NCBI GenBank assembly: GCA_024672275.1
Contig: GCA_024672275.1_4536.1
Origin: a phage
Length of the DNA stretch: 64,000 nucleotides
Strand: one strand, 5' to 3'
This document shows, piece after piece, positions 15,539 to 24,517 of the stretch. Both the position numbers and the translations under genes were made by a program. The stretch's first letter is position 1, and the number at the start of each line of letters is the position of its first letter. The notes under the pieces are model-generated. The model worked only from the letters and a program-made list of their open reading frames with translations. It did not search any database and was not told where the DNA came from.

Positions 15539-15838
15539 ATGAATCTGACCGAACAGTTACGCCGTATTGCAAAAGAAGCTTCCTTCAACTTCCCTGTTGA
15601 AGAAGTGATCGAGACATGCTTTGCTGAAGCACGAGCGGGAAACTCTTCAAGAAATTTCACGCCATCTGATTTTGGTCTGAATAATTCTCCCACTCACCCA
15701 GAGCAGATCTACAATCAGGTGAAGTGGATGGATGAAGCAGTAGCAATTCTTCGTGAGCGTGGGCTTGTTGTTTATAAAGAAATGGATCTGAACGGGGCAT
15801 ACGAGTGGATCACTATTGATTGGTCCGAGGTGAAATGA
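15539..15838 (+). CDS. hypothetical protein (99 aa)
   Basis: RBS AAAGGAGAA + ATG; ORF track. Confidence 0.6.
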   Translation: MNLTEQLRRIAKEASFNFPVEEVIETCFAEARAGNSSRNFTPSDFGLNNSPTHPEQIYNQVKWMDEAVAILRERGLVVYKEMDLNGAYEWITIDWSEVK

Positions 15839-16071
15839 TGAAAGGTAACAAGATGAAAGTTAATCAAGTGCCGAGCGCATACACTTTGTGGCTTGCGCGA
15901 GCGTTACACCAGACGATCAAAGACCCTAAGAAGCCAATGAAGAGCGGGAAGAAGTTTATGTCTAAGGGCAAAACAACCTTTGGCTTCACTCGTATGTCTG
16001 TTAAGATGAAAAGGCTGGGGTATAAGCCAAACTATGCGCGTTACCCTTCCGAATATAACTGGTTCGACTAA
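15835..16071 (+). CDS. hypothetical basic protein (78 aa)
   Basis: Internal ATG 15835 with RBS GAGGTG overlapping upstream stop; K/R-rich. Confidence 0.5.
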   Translation: MMKGNKMKVNQVPSAYTLWLARALHQTIKDPKKPMKSGKKFMSKGKTTFGFTRMSVKMKRLGYKPNYARYPSEYNWFD

Positions 16072-16083
16072 AAGGAGAAAGCA

Positions 16084-16557
16084 ATGGCAGGTTTGAAACT
16101 GGAAATGTTGACAAAGCAAGAATTTGTTCCCGAACATGGTGAAACTTACATTGCTTTCTTGATCAGTGATTTTTATGGGGATTTAGAATACGTTGAACTG
16201 GAATGTGAATTTCACTACCAGATGATCGACGCAGAAACTGGCTATTGCCTTTCTATGTCTGCGGTGTATAATGGGGATAACGGGATTCCTTTTCATACCG
16301 CAATGCGTTACGAAGCGAAAAACCGATTCAAACTTCTCACCGAAGAAGAGAAAGAGACATACAGGTATCACGAAGAAGAGGATCAACGCTTCTGGTGGGA
16401 GAAAACTTGGTTCCTGTCTGATCGCCGTAATCTCCAGATACACCCAGAAGAACTGGATGAAATGTCTATCGGGATTATGAAGAAGAAAGACTTCATGTTC
16501 CAGGTGAGAGAAGCTAATAAGTTCCGTATTGCAATTAAAGAGGAGAACAAAACATGA
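16084..16557 (+). CDS. hypothetical protein (157 aa)
   Basis: RBS AAAGGAGAAAG + ATG; ORF track. Confidence 0.6.
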   Translation: MAGLKLEMLTKQEFVPEHGETYIAFLISDFYGDLEYVELECEFHYQMIDAETGYCLSMSAVYNGDNGIPFHTAMRYEAKNRFKLLTEEEKETYRYHEEEDQRFWWEKTWFLSDRRNLQIHPEELDEMSIGIMKKKDFMFQVREANKFRIAIKEENKT

Positions 16558-16838
16558 AAACATCTATTCGCGTAAAACATGATCCAAACAGCAGTTACCC
16601 ATACGCGGATGTTGAACGTCATGAAGGAGACTATTACACCATAAAACGTAAAGTCCCAACTGATACAGGGTTTAACTTTGATGTTATTGCGCTGGATGAT
16701 CAAGGTGTTGATAATCTGGTGAATGCATTACTCGCATTGAAGGAAGTGCGATATGAAAATCAGACTAAAGGTAAAGTGGCTTTCGATTCTTGTGATCGTT
16801 TAGCCGAAGAGATTGCCGAATGGCGTGACACTAACTAA
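16554..16838 (+). CDS. hypothetical protein (94 aa)
   Basis: RBS AGAGGAG + ATG overlapping upstream stop. Confidence 0.6.
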   Translation: MKTSIRVKHDPNSSYPYADVERHEGDYYTIKRKVPTDTGFNFDVIALDDQGVDNLVNALLALKEVRYENQTKGKVAFDSCDRLAEEIAEWRDTN

Positions 16839-16853
16839 AACAGGAGAAAGATT

Positions 16854-17030
16854 ATGGCTACTTTTCAACAATTGAAAGATGTTTCACGTTTAGTAAGAAA
16901 AATCCGAGAAGCAGACGCTGCTGTGCGGAATGCATTAACGCCAGCAGAGCGTGAAGATCTTGAAGAGGAGGTGAAAACAGCCGAGAATGCTTTTGCTGTG
17001 TATCTTTCAACACTGTATACAGGAGGTTAA
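16854..17030 (+). CDS. hypothetical small protein (58 aa)
   Basis: RBS ACAGGAGAAAG + ATG; stop TAA abuts ATG 17031; below ORF-track cutoff. Confidence 0.5.
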   Translation: MATFQQLKDVSRLVRKIREADAAVRNALTPAEREDLEEEVKTAENAFAVYLSTLYTGG

Positions 17031-17345
17031 ATGTCAGAAGAACTTAAAGAATTTTATCAGGCATATCATAACTGGCTATTAGCTGGTGCTCCAGATAATA
17101 ATCCTTTCTGGCATGATAAAGGATTATGTAGTTGCCTCTACCTTTGGACTGGTGGTTACGATGATCTAAATTATGAAATGCAAATGCAATTTCGAGAAGC
17201 AGGGTTGTCTGAAGAATACCCGTTTGATGACGGAGACTGGTTTAAATATGATTTTGCACAAAGAAACGGGCTATTGCATTTGAATGCTGCCCGTATAAAA
17301 TGGGTAAAAGATCATGCTACACAGGAGGATGTGCAATGCCAATAG
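17031..17345 (+). CDS. paralog family member 3, 104 aa
   Basis: RBS ACAGGAGG + ATG; motifs LKEFYQAYHNWL, GLCSCL, PFD, RIKWVKDH. Confidence 0.65.
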   Translation: MSEELKEFYQAYHNWLLAGAPDNNPFWHDKGLCSCLYLWTGGYDDLNYEMQMQFREAGLSEEYPFDDGDWFKYDFAQRNGLLHLNAARIKWVKDHATQEDVQCQ

Positions 17346-17536
17346 TGTTTAGTTTCTTGATAATTGTTATGGTTGTTCTTTTCGCGGCATGGCTTTGGGA
17401 TTTTGACCCAGGAGCAGCGCAGCAAAGAGCTACAGACTGGAAAGAACAATGTATTGTGCTCAAACATGAACGAAATGCGGAGAAATTTCTTGACCTAGAG
17501 TGTGATCGCCTTGTAAGATACAAGCAAGATAAATAA
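17336..17536 (+). CDS. small membrane protein (66 aa)
   Basis: Internal ATG 17336 with RBS CAGGAGGAT; N-terminal TM helix PIVFSFLIIVMVVLFAAWLW. Confidence 0.55.
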   Translation: MPIVFSFLIIVMVVLFAAWLWDFDPGAAQQRATDWKEQCIVLKHERNAEKFLDLECDRLVRYKQDK

Positions 17537-17550
17537 CCTTGAGGTGCAAA

Positions 17551-17739
17551 ATGGTAATTGAGATTAAACTTGAATATGCTGGGGCTGTTGCTCTGATCGC
17601 ACAAACGCTTGGAGCAAAGATTGAAGAAGTGTATATCAATGCCTGGAGCGTAGAGATTGATGTTCCTATGGACAACATTGCTAATCGCTTGCTGGTGGCA
17701 GAGTGTGAACGCACCAACATAATCTACAAAGGAGCATAA
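17551..17739 (+). CDS. hypothetical protein (62 aa)
   Basis: Internal ATG 17551 with RBS GAGGTG. Confidence 0.5.
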   Translation: MVIEIKLEYAGAVALIAQTLGAKIEEVYINAWSVEIDVPMDNIANRLLVAECERTNIIYKGA

Positions 17740-17740
17740 T

Positions 17741-17962
17741 ATGAAAATTAGAGTTTGCGATGTATTGGGTTATGTTGGTTTTGAGAATGTTCAGATTCCT
17801 TTTGTTGTTGAAGCACATCTTGTTAGCGATGACATGACTACATTCTTTGTTACGATAGAAGAAATGTCCAAAGTTGAGGGATGGGAGTGGTTTGAAGAAG
17901 ATGTTTGGGAAGGTTGTGATTACGTATTTTTCTCTGATGAAGTGAATGTTCTTTCGGAGTAG
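17741..17962 (+). CDS. hypothetical acidic protein (73 aa)
   Basis: RBS AAAGGAG + ATG; ORF track. Confidence 0.55.
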   Translation: MKIRVCDVLGYVGFENVQIPFVVEAHLVSDDMTTFFVTIEEMSKVEGWEWFEEDVWEGCDYVFFSDEVNVLSE

Positions 17963-17964
17963 GT

Positions 17965-18171
17965 ATGTCTTGTTTTACAAAAGCAGTGTCCATATGTAAG
18001 AAACAATATGAAAGTGATTACGGAATATTTAATATTCCAGTGGATCATATAGAGTATTGTTCATGTGGTGGCAGAATGAAGAAAACAGTGATTTATGCGG
18101 ATAATGGAGATGAACTTGTTCCGGTTATGGTTTGCAAAGCTTGTCATTCTGTTAAAACATTAAAAGCGTAA
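17965..18171 (+). CDS. zinc-ribbon small protein (68 aa)
   Basis: Two Cys pairs (C-x-C-G-G ... C-K-A-C); ATG 17965. Confidence 0.5.
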   Translation: MSCFTKAVSICKKQYESDYGIFNIPVDHIEYCSCGGRMKKTVIYADNGDELVPVMVCKACHSVKTLKA

Positions 18172-18174
18172 GGA

Positions 18175-18215
18175 GTCGGGACACCCGACGATTGGAGCTA
18201 AAAATTTTGCGTACA
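18175..18215 (+). terminator. putative hairpin terminator
   Basis: Hairpin GTCGGG-ACAC-CCGAC right after stop 18171, followed downstream by A/T run; precedes gene with own RBS. Confidence 0.3.
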
Positions 18216-18266
18216 ACCCTTTCCGCCCAACAGGGGCGCGTCGGGTAAATAAAGAGGAGAGTTTAT

Positions 18267-18665
18267 ATGAAAAAGATCATTGTAGGTTTATTGTTACTCA
18301 TTGCATCACTTGGAACAGCAAATGCGTCTCAAGTTTATGAGTGTGTGTCAGAGGTGGTTGTTAAAAATCTGAAAGGTGAAGTTATTTCTGGTCCTAAGAA
18401 AATGGCTTCTGTTGTCATTAACAAAGATAACTCCTTTATCCTTAAAAATTCAGGTGGTGCTTTGATGAGTGGCATTCTGCAATACACAGGAGAAAAAAGT
18501 AAAGATGGTAGTGCTATGTACGGTTCACAACAGTTTATTGGCACTACTGAAGTAGTAATGATGCGCACAGAGTATCGAGACACTTTGGCTTGGTTTGCAT
18601 TTCTAAAAAATGATAAAACAATAACGAATGTTCTTACTCTAGAAGCTGATTGTACGCAACGATAA
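18267..18665 (+). CDS. secreted protein or lipoprotein (132 aa)
   Basis: Sec signal peptide MKKIIVGLLLLIASLGTANA; RBS AAAGAGGAG. Confidence 0.6.
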   Translation: MKKIIVGLLLLIASLGTANASQVYECVSEVVVKNLKGEVISGPKKMASVVINKDNSFILKNSGGALMSGILQYTGEKSKDGSAMYGSQQFIGTTEVVMMRTEYRDTLAWFAFLKNDKTITNVLTLEADCTQR

Positions 18666-18675
18666 GGGGGTATTT

Positions 18676-19131
18676 ATGACTAAAATGCGACATTATGCTG
18701 TAAACTGCAACGATGTTTGGCGTTTATGTCCTGATGATCCGACAGAAGGCACATTTGTAAGATATGAGGATTATAAAGAGTTATCGGATGCTGTGATCGC
18801 ATTGTTAACTGATATCCGTTCACGTTATCCAGGACAAGATTTCACTTGCCCTCACATCAAACTTCTTGCCCTTCTGGTAGAAGGGGAGGAACAAGTGGAA
18901 GATGGCTTCAAGCGTGTAGAGTATCAAGGTGAAACTTTAGAGGTTCCTGAATTTGTTAATTATATTGCAACAGATTCGAATGGCGAGCGTTATGGTTACA
19001 GTCATAAACCGGAGATTCCAGATTTCGCTTATGCGTGGCGTATTCCTTATCAAGTTTTTAATGCTGCGGATTACTGGTATTTAGGAGAAGGAGATAGCCG
19101 TAATTGGCGTGACTCCTTGGCTCAGGTTTAA
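18676..19131 (+). CDS. hypothetical protein (151 aa)
   Basis: RBS AAGGGGG + ATG; ORF track. Confidence 0.6.
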   Translation: MTKMRHYAVNCNDVWRLCPDDPTEGTFVRYEDYKELSDAVIALLTDIRSRYPGQDFTCPHIKLLALLVEGEEQVEDGFKRVEYQGETLEVPEFVNYIATDSNGERYGYSHKPEIPDFAYAWRIPYQVFNAADYWYLGEGDSRNWRDSLAQV

Positions 19132-19135
19132 TACT

Positions 19136-19399
19136 ATGAAAGAAACATTACCAGCAGCCTACCGTCTGAATGATGAACGTATTTGGGAGTGGACCGACGT
19201 TTCTTGTTTTTACCCTGAAATAGTTCAATATTGGCGAGCGAAAGGGTGTGTTGTAGTTATCAACCCTTGTGGACCAGTAGATGAAGATTGTTTGTATCTC
19301 AATGGAAAATGGCACAGTTATTGTCGCTGGCCTTTTGAGTGGATGTGTAAAGAAGATCTCCCAGAGGGTTGGGAGTATCCTAAAGCAAATAGGAGATAA
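19136..19399 (+). CDS. hypothetical Cys/Trp-rich protein (87 aa)
   Basis: Internal ATG 19136 (track start is GTG 19109 inside previous gene); weak RBS. Confidence 0.45.
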   Translation: MKETLPAAYRLNDERIWEWTDVSCFYPEIVQYWRAKGCVVVINPCGPVDEDCLYLNGKWHSYCRWPFEWMCKEDLPEGWEYPKANRR

Positions 19400-19400
19400 T

Positions 19401-19763
19401 ATGTCTAAAGATTTTGTTGAAGTATTTGTCAAAGATGAAGAAACTGGTTTAGGCACGGGTTTCATTTGTGAAGAAACTTTTAAGCGTGAACAAGAAAAAG
19501 CTATTCTTATGCACCGCTATGATCATGCACTAGAACAATGGAAAAATGCAGAACAAAAATGCAAAAACCTTTACGCAGAAAATAGAAAACTACAAGATCA
19601 AATGGAGTTGTTAGCTATCAGTTTACGATCTCTCATTTTGGCTGTAGAAGATGGCTTTAAAAATCCAGATGGTTTTCCTGTGAGCGATATTGAACATGAT
19701 TTGTATCTTGCTCGTGGTGCTTACTTTTATGTTAAACAGAAGTCTGTAGAAGGAGAGAAATGA
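19401..19763 (+). CDS. hypothetical coiled-coil protein (120 aa)
   Basis: Internal ATG 19401 with RBS AGGAGATAAT. Confidence 0.55.
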   Translation: MSKDFVEVFVKDEETGLGTGFICEETFKREQEKAILMHRYDHALEQWKNAEQKCKNLYAENRKLQDQMELLAISLRSLILAVEDGFKNPDGFPVSDIEHDLYLARGAYFYVKQKSVEGEK

Positions 19764-19936
19764 TGGAAGAAAAACTGGAACGTATTATCGAGTTAGCCAT
19801 GTCTATTGGCTACGACGATTGTTTTCTCCAAACCATTGGAGAATCAGAGAAAGATTACGACTCTTGGGTGAAAGAGTTGGAAGAACTCAAAACTTCCTTG
19901 ATTGCTGACTTTGCTGAAGCAGAGGAGGATGAATAA
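19763..19936 (+). CDS. hypothetical acidic small protein (57 aa)
   Basis: ATG overlapping upstream TGA (TGATG), RBS AAGGAGAG; ends in TAATG overlap with next gene. Confidence 0.5.
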   Translation: MEEKLERIIELAMSIGYDDCFLQTIGESEKDYDSWVKELEELKTSLIADFAEAEEDE

Positions 19937-20163
19937 TGTCGGATTATAACTGGTATGAACTTGAAGCTGTTTGTCAGTTTTATGATTCAATAGTTCTACG
20001 TGATCCAATCTGTCAAGAATTAAGTCGCCGTGCAAGTGCATTGGCAATCCGTGTTAAAATAAATGGTTGGGACGCAGATCTGGAAAAAGAATTGGAATTC
20101 CTTTTGGAAACAACTCGTGTCTTCCGTAAAGTATTCCCTCAATGGTTTAAGATGGAGGAATAA
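19936..20163 (+). CDS. hypothetical protein (75 aa)
   Basis: ATG 19936 with RBS GAGGAGGATGAA; ORF track. Confidence 0.55.
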   Translation: MSDYNWYELEAVCQFYDSIVLRDPICQELSRRASALAIRVKINGWDADLEKELEFLLETTRVFRKVFPQWFKMEE

Positions 20164-20165
20164 TC

Positions 20166-20378
20166 ATGTGGATTGTCCGTCTTAAGTATGATGGCAAGTT
20201 TCCGTGGGAGAAAGATGTTTGTGCCTGTGATTCGGCAGCACATGCCAAAGCAGCGGGTCAGGCAGTAGTTGACATGTATAACAACACTTCCGTTGATCCA
20301 GAAATGGGAGGTGTTACAATGAGCATGTTCACTTACTATTCTTTTGAGGTTTACTATCATGAAGGAGAGTGGAAATGA
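20166..20378 (+). CDS. hypothetical protein (70 aa)
   Basis: RBS GATGGAGGAA + ATG; ORF track. Confidence 0.55.
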   Translation: MWIVRLKYDGKFPWEKDVCACDSAAHAKAAGQAVVDMYNNTSVDPEMGGVTMSMFTYYSFEVYYHEGEWK

Positions 20379-20695
20379 GCGAAGAACTATTAACATTTTA
20401 CCGCACGTATTTGGCATGGTTGGAAGCTGGTGCTCCTGAAGGTGAACCGTTCACCCGTTGCACAGGATTGTGCTCGAACCTCTATGATTTTTACGATATA
20501 GGGGAAAACGAACGATACGAACCTGTACTGGATGAAATGCATGAGCAGTTCTACCGCAAAGGTTTGGTTATGGTGTTGCCTTTCAACAGTAATTTTGGAA
20601 AGTACACCTTAGAAGCGGAAAGAAGCCGTTGTCATTTGAATGTGGATCGTGTGAACTGGGTAAAAGAACGTGTAGCAGAAGAAATAATTGGTTGA
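20375..20695 (+). CDS. paralog family member 4, 106 aa
   Basis: Internal ATG 20375 with RBS GAAGGAGAG; motifs LLTFYRTYLAWL, GLCSNL, PFN, RVNWVKER. Confidence 0.65.
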   Translation: MSEELLTFYRTYLAWLEAGAPEGEPFTRCTGLCSNLYDFYDIGENERYEPVLDEMHEQFYRKGLVMVLPFNSNFGKYTLEAERSRCHLNVDRVNWVKERVAEEIIG

Positions 20696-20720
20696 CAGAA
20701 GGATCTATCTTTGTCACAAT
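20692..20720 (+). promoter_or_regulatory. putative internal promoter
   Basis: TTGACA 20692-20697 (overlaps stop of upstream gene), N17, CACAAT; shares TTGACAGAAG start with 21160 element. Confidence 0.35.
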
Positions 20721-20749
20721 CATCTCATCGAAACAGAGAGGAGAAAATC

Positions 20750-21163
20750 ATGAAACAGTTTATCTGCACCCGTTCCACTAACAGTGATATCCTTGTAGGT
20801 AAGGTTATCAAAGGAGAACTCTTCCATGCAAACGGTAAGAAATATATTCTGCTGAAAGATTCTTTCAACGGGGAATATCCGCGCTGCACTTTCTTCAATT
20901 ACAACACTCCGTTTGCTTTAGAAGGAGATGCTTGGGAATGGGCTGAACTCAATCCTTGTTGTGAGGAAGAAGAATCTATGTTCTTAGGTTTAAACGTTTA
21001 CCGTGTAGATTACACCATGTGCGGAGCGGAACATTCTGTTCGCGTAGAAGCCGAATCCAAACTACAAGCACCTTTCAAGGCGGGATTGACTTTGGGTCAT
21101 TGTTTGGCAAACATTGAAGATGTTGTGATCCAAAAGGTTGTTTTAGAGAAAGAGGCTATTTGA
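20750..21163 (+). CDS. hypothetical protein (137 aa)
   Basis: Internal ATG 20750 with RBS GAGAGGAGAAAA. Confidence 0.6.
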   Translation: MKQFICTRSTNSDILVGKVIKGELFHANGKKYILLKDSFNGEYPRCTFFNYNTPFALEGDAWEWAELNPCCEEEESMFLGLNVYRVDYTMCGAEHSVRVEAESKLQAPFKAGLTLGHCLANIEDVVIQKVVLEKEAI

Positions 21164-21188
21164 CAGAAGACGGCACAATATTTAAATA
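21160..21188 (+). promoter_or_regulatory. putative internal promoter
   Basis: TTGACA 21160-21165, N17, TAAATA 21183-21188. Confidence 0.35.
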
Positions 21189-21215
21189 TAAAGATTAACC
21201 ACAAAGGAGATAGAT

Positions 21216-21515
21216 ATGCAAGTTGAAGACCTGATCAAAATTTTGAATGAAGCCAAAGAGAAAGGTGCTATCAAGGACTGGAAACGTGAAACAAGTGAAG
21301 ACCTATCTCACTGTTGCCGAGAATTTTACATCGAAGGTATTGCTGACGATCATTATATTATCGAATGGTATATCAACTTAATGACTCTTAAGCACGGTTC
21401 GTTTGAGGTTTGGTTTGATGACATTGATGTAAATGGTTTTCATCCTGGCTATAAAATCGCTATGCAGTTGTCTTATCGTAGAGAAGTTGTAGCACATTTG
21501 GGTTTACATAATTAA
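21216..21515 (+). CDS. hypothetical protein (99 aa)
   Basis: RBS AAAGGAGA + ATG; ORF track. Confidence 0.6.
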   Translation: MQVEDLIKILNEAKEKGAIKDWKRETSEDLSHCCREFYIEGIADDHYIIEWYINLMTLKHGSFEVWFDDIDVNGFHPGYKIAMQLSYRREVVAHLGLHN

Positions 21516-21525
21516 GGAGAAAAGA

Positions 21526-21849
21526 ATGCAAGCAGTTGTTAACGAAGCTATTATGAACTTATCCTTCTTGTTAGCTGGTTTAGGAGGTGTTCTCATAGGT
21601 TTGGCTCTTATCTGGTGTATTCGTCGATTAATCGGGTACCGACAAAAAGGTGTTTCATGTTTTGTATCTTACAATTTTACAACTGCTTACAGCAATGAGG
21701 TTGGATCTGGCAATGCTCAAGCATTTTTACCAACATATCCTCCTACGGTGGAAGATATTCGAAACTTGGAAGTAGAACTTATGGGACTAAGTGATAACTA
21801 TACATCTCTCGTTATTCAAAATATTTTTCGACTAAAACAGGAGGCGTGA
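21526..21849 (+). CDS. membrane protein (107 aa)
   Basis: RBS TAAGGAGAAAAG + ATG; N-terminal TM helix LSFLLAGLGGVLIGLALIW. Confidence 0.6.
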   Translation: MQAVVNEAIMNLSFLLAGLGGVLIGLALIWCIRRLIGYRQKGVSCFVSYNFTTAYSNEVGSGNAQAFLPTYPPTVEDIRNLEVELMGLSDNYTSLVIQNIFRLKQEA

Positions 21850-22062
21850 ATGAAGGCACATTACCCTCATCCCTTTGATCCTAAAAACAAAGCCGTAATT
21901 CTTCGTCAGTGGCAACGGGTTTGTCGTACTAAATGTCCAATTAATAGCCAACACGATGTGGACAAGGACTATCTTGGGACATTTGTTGAATACACTTACA
22001 TAGACAAAAACAAGCGTAAACAACATGTCGAGGAATACTGCTTAAGAGTAGAATGGCTGTAA
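21850..22062 (+). CDS. hypothetical basic protein (70 aa)
   Basis: RBS CAGGAGG + ATG; ORF track. Confidence 0.55.
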   Translation: MKAHYPHPFDPKNKAVILRQWQRVCRTKCPINSQHDVDKDYLGTFVEYTYIDKNKRKQHVEEYCLRVEWL

Positions 22063-22074
22063 ATAATAAATACC

Positions 22075-22103
22075 TTGACAAGTGTTTATTCGTTTTGTAA
22101 AGT
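22075..22103 (+). promoter_or_regulatory. sigma70-type promoter upstream of recombinase gene
   Basis: TTGACA 22075-22080, N17, TAAAGT 22098-22103. Confidence 0.45.
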
Positions 22104-22132
22104 GAGAATACAGCAATGGTTTAGGAGTGGTT

Positions 22133-22804
22133 ATGAAAAAGTTTGTTGTTTACAGTCGTCTTTCTAAACAGAAAAAAGGTGAGGCACAATATGGTATGGA
22201 GAGCCAAGAGAACGATATCCGTTACTTCTTAGACTCTGTGCCTGATGCGGAAGTTATTGGTCAATTTTCTGAATACTATTCGGGTAAGGGCGATTGGAAG
22301 CAACGTAAAGAACTGGTTAAAGCGGTTGAAATGTGTAAAGCTACCGGAGCAACTTTATTGGTAGCTAAAGTTGACCGCTTGGGTCGTAACAACGCCTCCG
22401 TAGCAACTCTTCTGGAGATGATCGATGTTAAGATAGCCATCATGCCAGACGCAGATAAAATGGTTATACAGCTTCTATCTGTTCTGGCTGAACAAGAAGT
22501 TAGAGGTATTGCTGATCGTATTAAAAAGGGTCTTGCTGTAGCAAAAAGTAAAGGTGTTTTATTAGGTAGTGCTAATCCTAAAACTGCCGCTGCACGTAGA
22601 AAAGGAAAAATGGAATACAACTCTGTTAAAGCAGACGCTTTTGCAGAGACATTCCGTGAACGCTTGGAGATCCTTAGAGATTTAAATACACCTTACAAAA
22701 CTATTGCTGAAAAATTCAATAGTAAGAAAATAGCAACAGCACGTGGTGGTAAATGGGATGCTAAAACTGTTTCTCGTTTGTGTGCCAGACTTAACATTAA
22801 ATAG
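22133..22804 (+). CDS. small serine recombinase (resolvase/invertase family), 223 aa
   Basis: N-terminal catalytic motif VYSRLS (Ser nucleophile) and LLVAKVDRLGRN box; C-terminal HTH-like segment; ATG 22133 with RBS TAGGAGTGG. Confidence 0.75.
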   Translation: MKKFVVYSRLSKQKKGEAQYGMESQENDIRYFLDSVPDAEVIGQFSEYYSGKGDWKQRKELVKAVEMCKATGATLLVAKVDRLGRNNASVATLLEMIDVKIAIMPDADKMVIQLLSVLAEQEVRGIADRIKKGLAVAKSKGVLLGSANPKTAAARRKGKMEYNSVKADAFAETFRERLEILRDLNTPYKTIAEKFNSKKIATARGGKWDAKTVSRLCARLNIK

Positions 22805-22812
22805 GAGAGGAT

Positions 22813-23223
22813 ATGAAACAAGAAAATGAATCTGTAGATCACTTAATCATGCTGTCAGCCCTTTTTGCCGGATGGGACGTATTTTTTGAAAATTTGTTCA
22901 ATTCTGCTACAGATGGTTCCGATTTTATGCGGCAGTTTAAACGACGAACTGTTGAGGACTATGCTTTCTATTCAGGTCGGATTGAAAAAGGTTACGAAGA
23001 TACAAATACAACACTCACCATTAAAGTTTTAGATGTGATGTTTAGTGTTATAGATGCTATCGACGAAAGTCTTCCGATCCTAGACAATTGTAATACGAAA
23101 GCCTATGTTTACAAAATAGCTCGTGCTTATGTGTCTGCAAACAGTTGTCTTCTTTCCACGCAGATTGCCGTGAACAATCTTGCCAACTTGTTCGACGAAG
23201 GAGAAACTTTTTATGACAATTGA
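22813..23223 (+). CDS. hypothetical protein (136 aa)
   Basis: RBS ATAGGAGAGG + ATG; ORF track. Confidence 0.6.
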   Translation: MKQENESVDHLIMLSALFAGWDVFFENLFNSATDGSDFMRQFKRRTVEDYAFYSGRIEKGYEDTNTTLTIKVLDVMFSVIDAIDESLPILDNCNTKAYVYKIARAYVSANSCLLSTQIAVNNLANLFDEGETFYDN

Positions 23224-23578
23224 TTTGAAGTGTAAAAGGATTCTTTTAGATTTCTATAATAATTGGTTAGAACACCTCCGTCTCTTTCCAAGAGAAAGTG
23301 GTTACGCTGATGTTGGCTTATGCCGAGGTCTACGTATGTATATAAGTGATGAATTTCGGGCCGAGCATTCTTTAGCATATTCTGTTTATGGTATGCAATT
23401 AGCCAGTTTTGAAAACGCTGGTTTAGATACAACTTTCCCATTTAACACAGCAAAATCTTTTGAGCAAGAGTGTAAGGAAAAACGTTGCATGTTTAATGAA
23501 AAACGTGTACAGTGGGTTAAGGATCGAGTTAAACAATTGGAACAAGAGTTGGATTTCTTCTATGATGAGGCAGAATAA
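23213..23578 (+). CDS. paralog family member 5, 121 aa
   Basis: Internal ATG 23213 with RBS GAAGGAGAAA; motifs LLDFYNNWL, GLCRGL, PFN, RVQWVKDR. Confidence 0.65.
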   Translation: MTIDLKCKRILLDFYNNWLEHLRLFPRESGYADVGLCRGLRMYISDEFRAEHSLAYSVYGMQLASFENAGLDTTFPFNTAKSFEQECKEKRCMFNEKRVQWVKDRVKQLEQELDFFYDEAE

Positions 23579-23850
23579 TGGATAGACAAACCTTAAAAAC
23601 AATGGCAGATGCTACCAATTCCCCGTACTTTGAAAAAGTAAGTAAATTGGTAGCTCAAGCCGCAGAGGAAGGATATTATAACATAAACATCCACAACCCA
23701 AGTCTTATACTAGAAATGCCAAGTGATAAGAAGATACAAGAGAGTATTTGTGAAGGTATTGTTAGTTACTGGCGCGAGCGTGGGTGTGGTGCAAACATGG
23801 CTTTAGACAGTGCAAACATTGTAAGATATATAAATATTTCTTGGGGGTGA
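23578..23850 (+). CDS. hypothetical protein (90 aa)
   Basis: ATG overlapping upstream stop (TAATG), RBS GAGGCAGAA; ORF track. Confidence 0.55.
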   Translation: MDRQTLKTMADATNSPYFEKVSKLVAQAAEEGYYNINIHNPSLILEMPSDKKIQESICEGIVSYWRERGCGANMALDSANIVRYINISWG

Positions 23851-23854
23851 TTTT

Positions 23855-24466
23855 ATGATTCAATGCACTCATATCCAAATTACTTGGAGAGATGAACTTT
23901 ACCATTTGGGACAATTTACTGTAGGGGAAACATACCCTATCATTAAACATAATCCTAACATCGCAAACTTTGACAAGATGGTTCTTGTTGAGGACGATCT
24001 AGGTCAAACTTATTCTTTAGATCTAAAATATCCGTTTTCTTACGGCTACGATTGGATCGTTACTTTTGAAGACGTGGAGGAAAATAAAACAATGAACGAA
24101 AAAAATTCTTGGTATTATCGTTGTGAACTGCCGCCAGTAGGTGAAAAGGTTATCTTTGTTCCTGATTTGGAAAGATATTCTTGGGACAGTTCTTATTCTG
24201 TTCCTAAAGAAGGCACCGAAGTTGAAGTTATTGCACATCGCACAACTTCGCATGGTAACGACGTAGCAGTTGTTTTCTGGGATGATGAAGGTGCTGCTTG
24301 TGCAGGTGGCTTTGTTGCAGGTAATTTTGAACCCCTGCCAGATCCTTTAAAGGAGGCAATTTTAGGCGTAGCTTCTTTTGGACTCTCTTACACGTCTGCA
24401 CAAGAGATCGTAGAAGGTATTTTAAACGGTACCGTTCCAAACGAAATTTTTAAACAGATTAAATAA
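23855..24466 (+). CDS. hypothetical protein (203 aa)
   Basis: RBS GGGGGTGA + ATG; ORF track. Confidence 0.6.
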   Translation: MIQCTHIQITWRDELYHLGQFTVGETYPIIKHNPNIANFDKMVLVEDDLGQTYSLDLKYPFSYGYDWIVTFEDVEENKTMNEKNSWYYRCELPPVGEKVIFVPDLERYSWDSSYSVPKEGTEVEVIAHRTTSHGNDVAVVFWDDEGAACAGGFVAGNFEPLPDPLKEAILGVASFGLSYTSAQEIVEGILNGTVPNEIFKQIK

Positions 24467-24470
24467 CAGT

Positions 24471-24500
24471 TGCACCCCGTTCTGCGGGGTGTTATTGTAT
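24471..24500 (+). terminator. rho-independent terminator
   Basis: Hairpin CACCCCG-TTCTG-CGGGGTG followed by TTATTGTAT. Confidence 0.55.
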
Positions 24501-24517
24501 ATGTAAAGGAGGCGCTA

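Noticed and set aside
22133-22804. Serine recombinase as part of an IS element or integrative module
   Set aside because: No terminal inverted repeats, no transposase-like partner and no attP-like features nearby; flanking genes are ordinary small phage ORFs in the same operon. Treated as a phage-borne invertase/resolvase.
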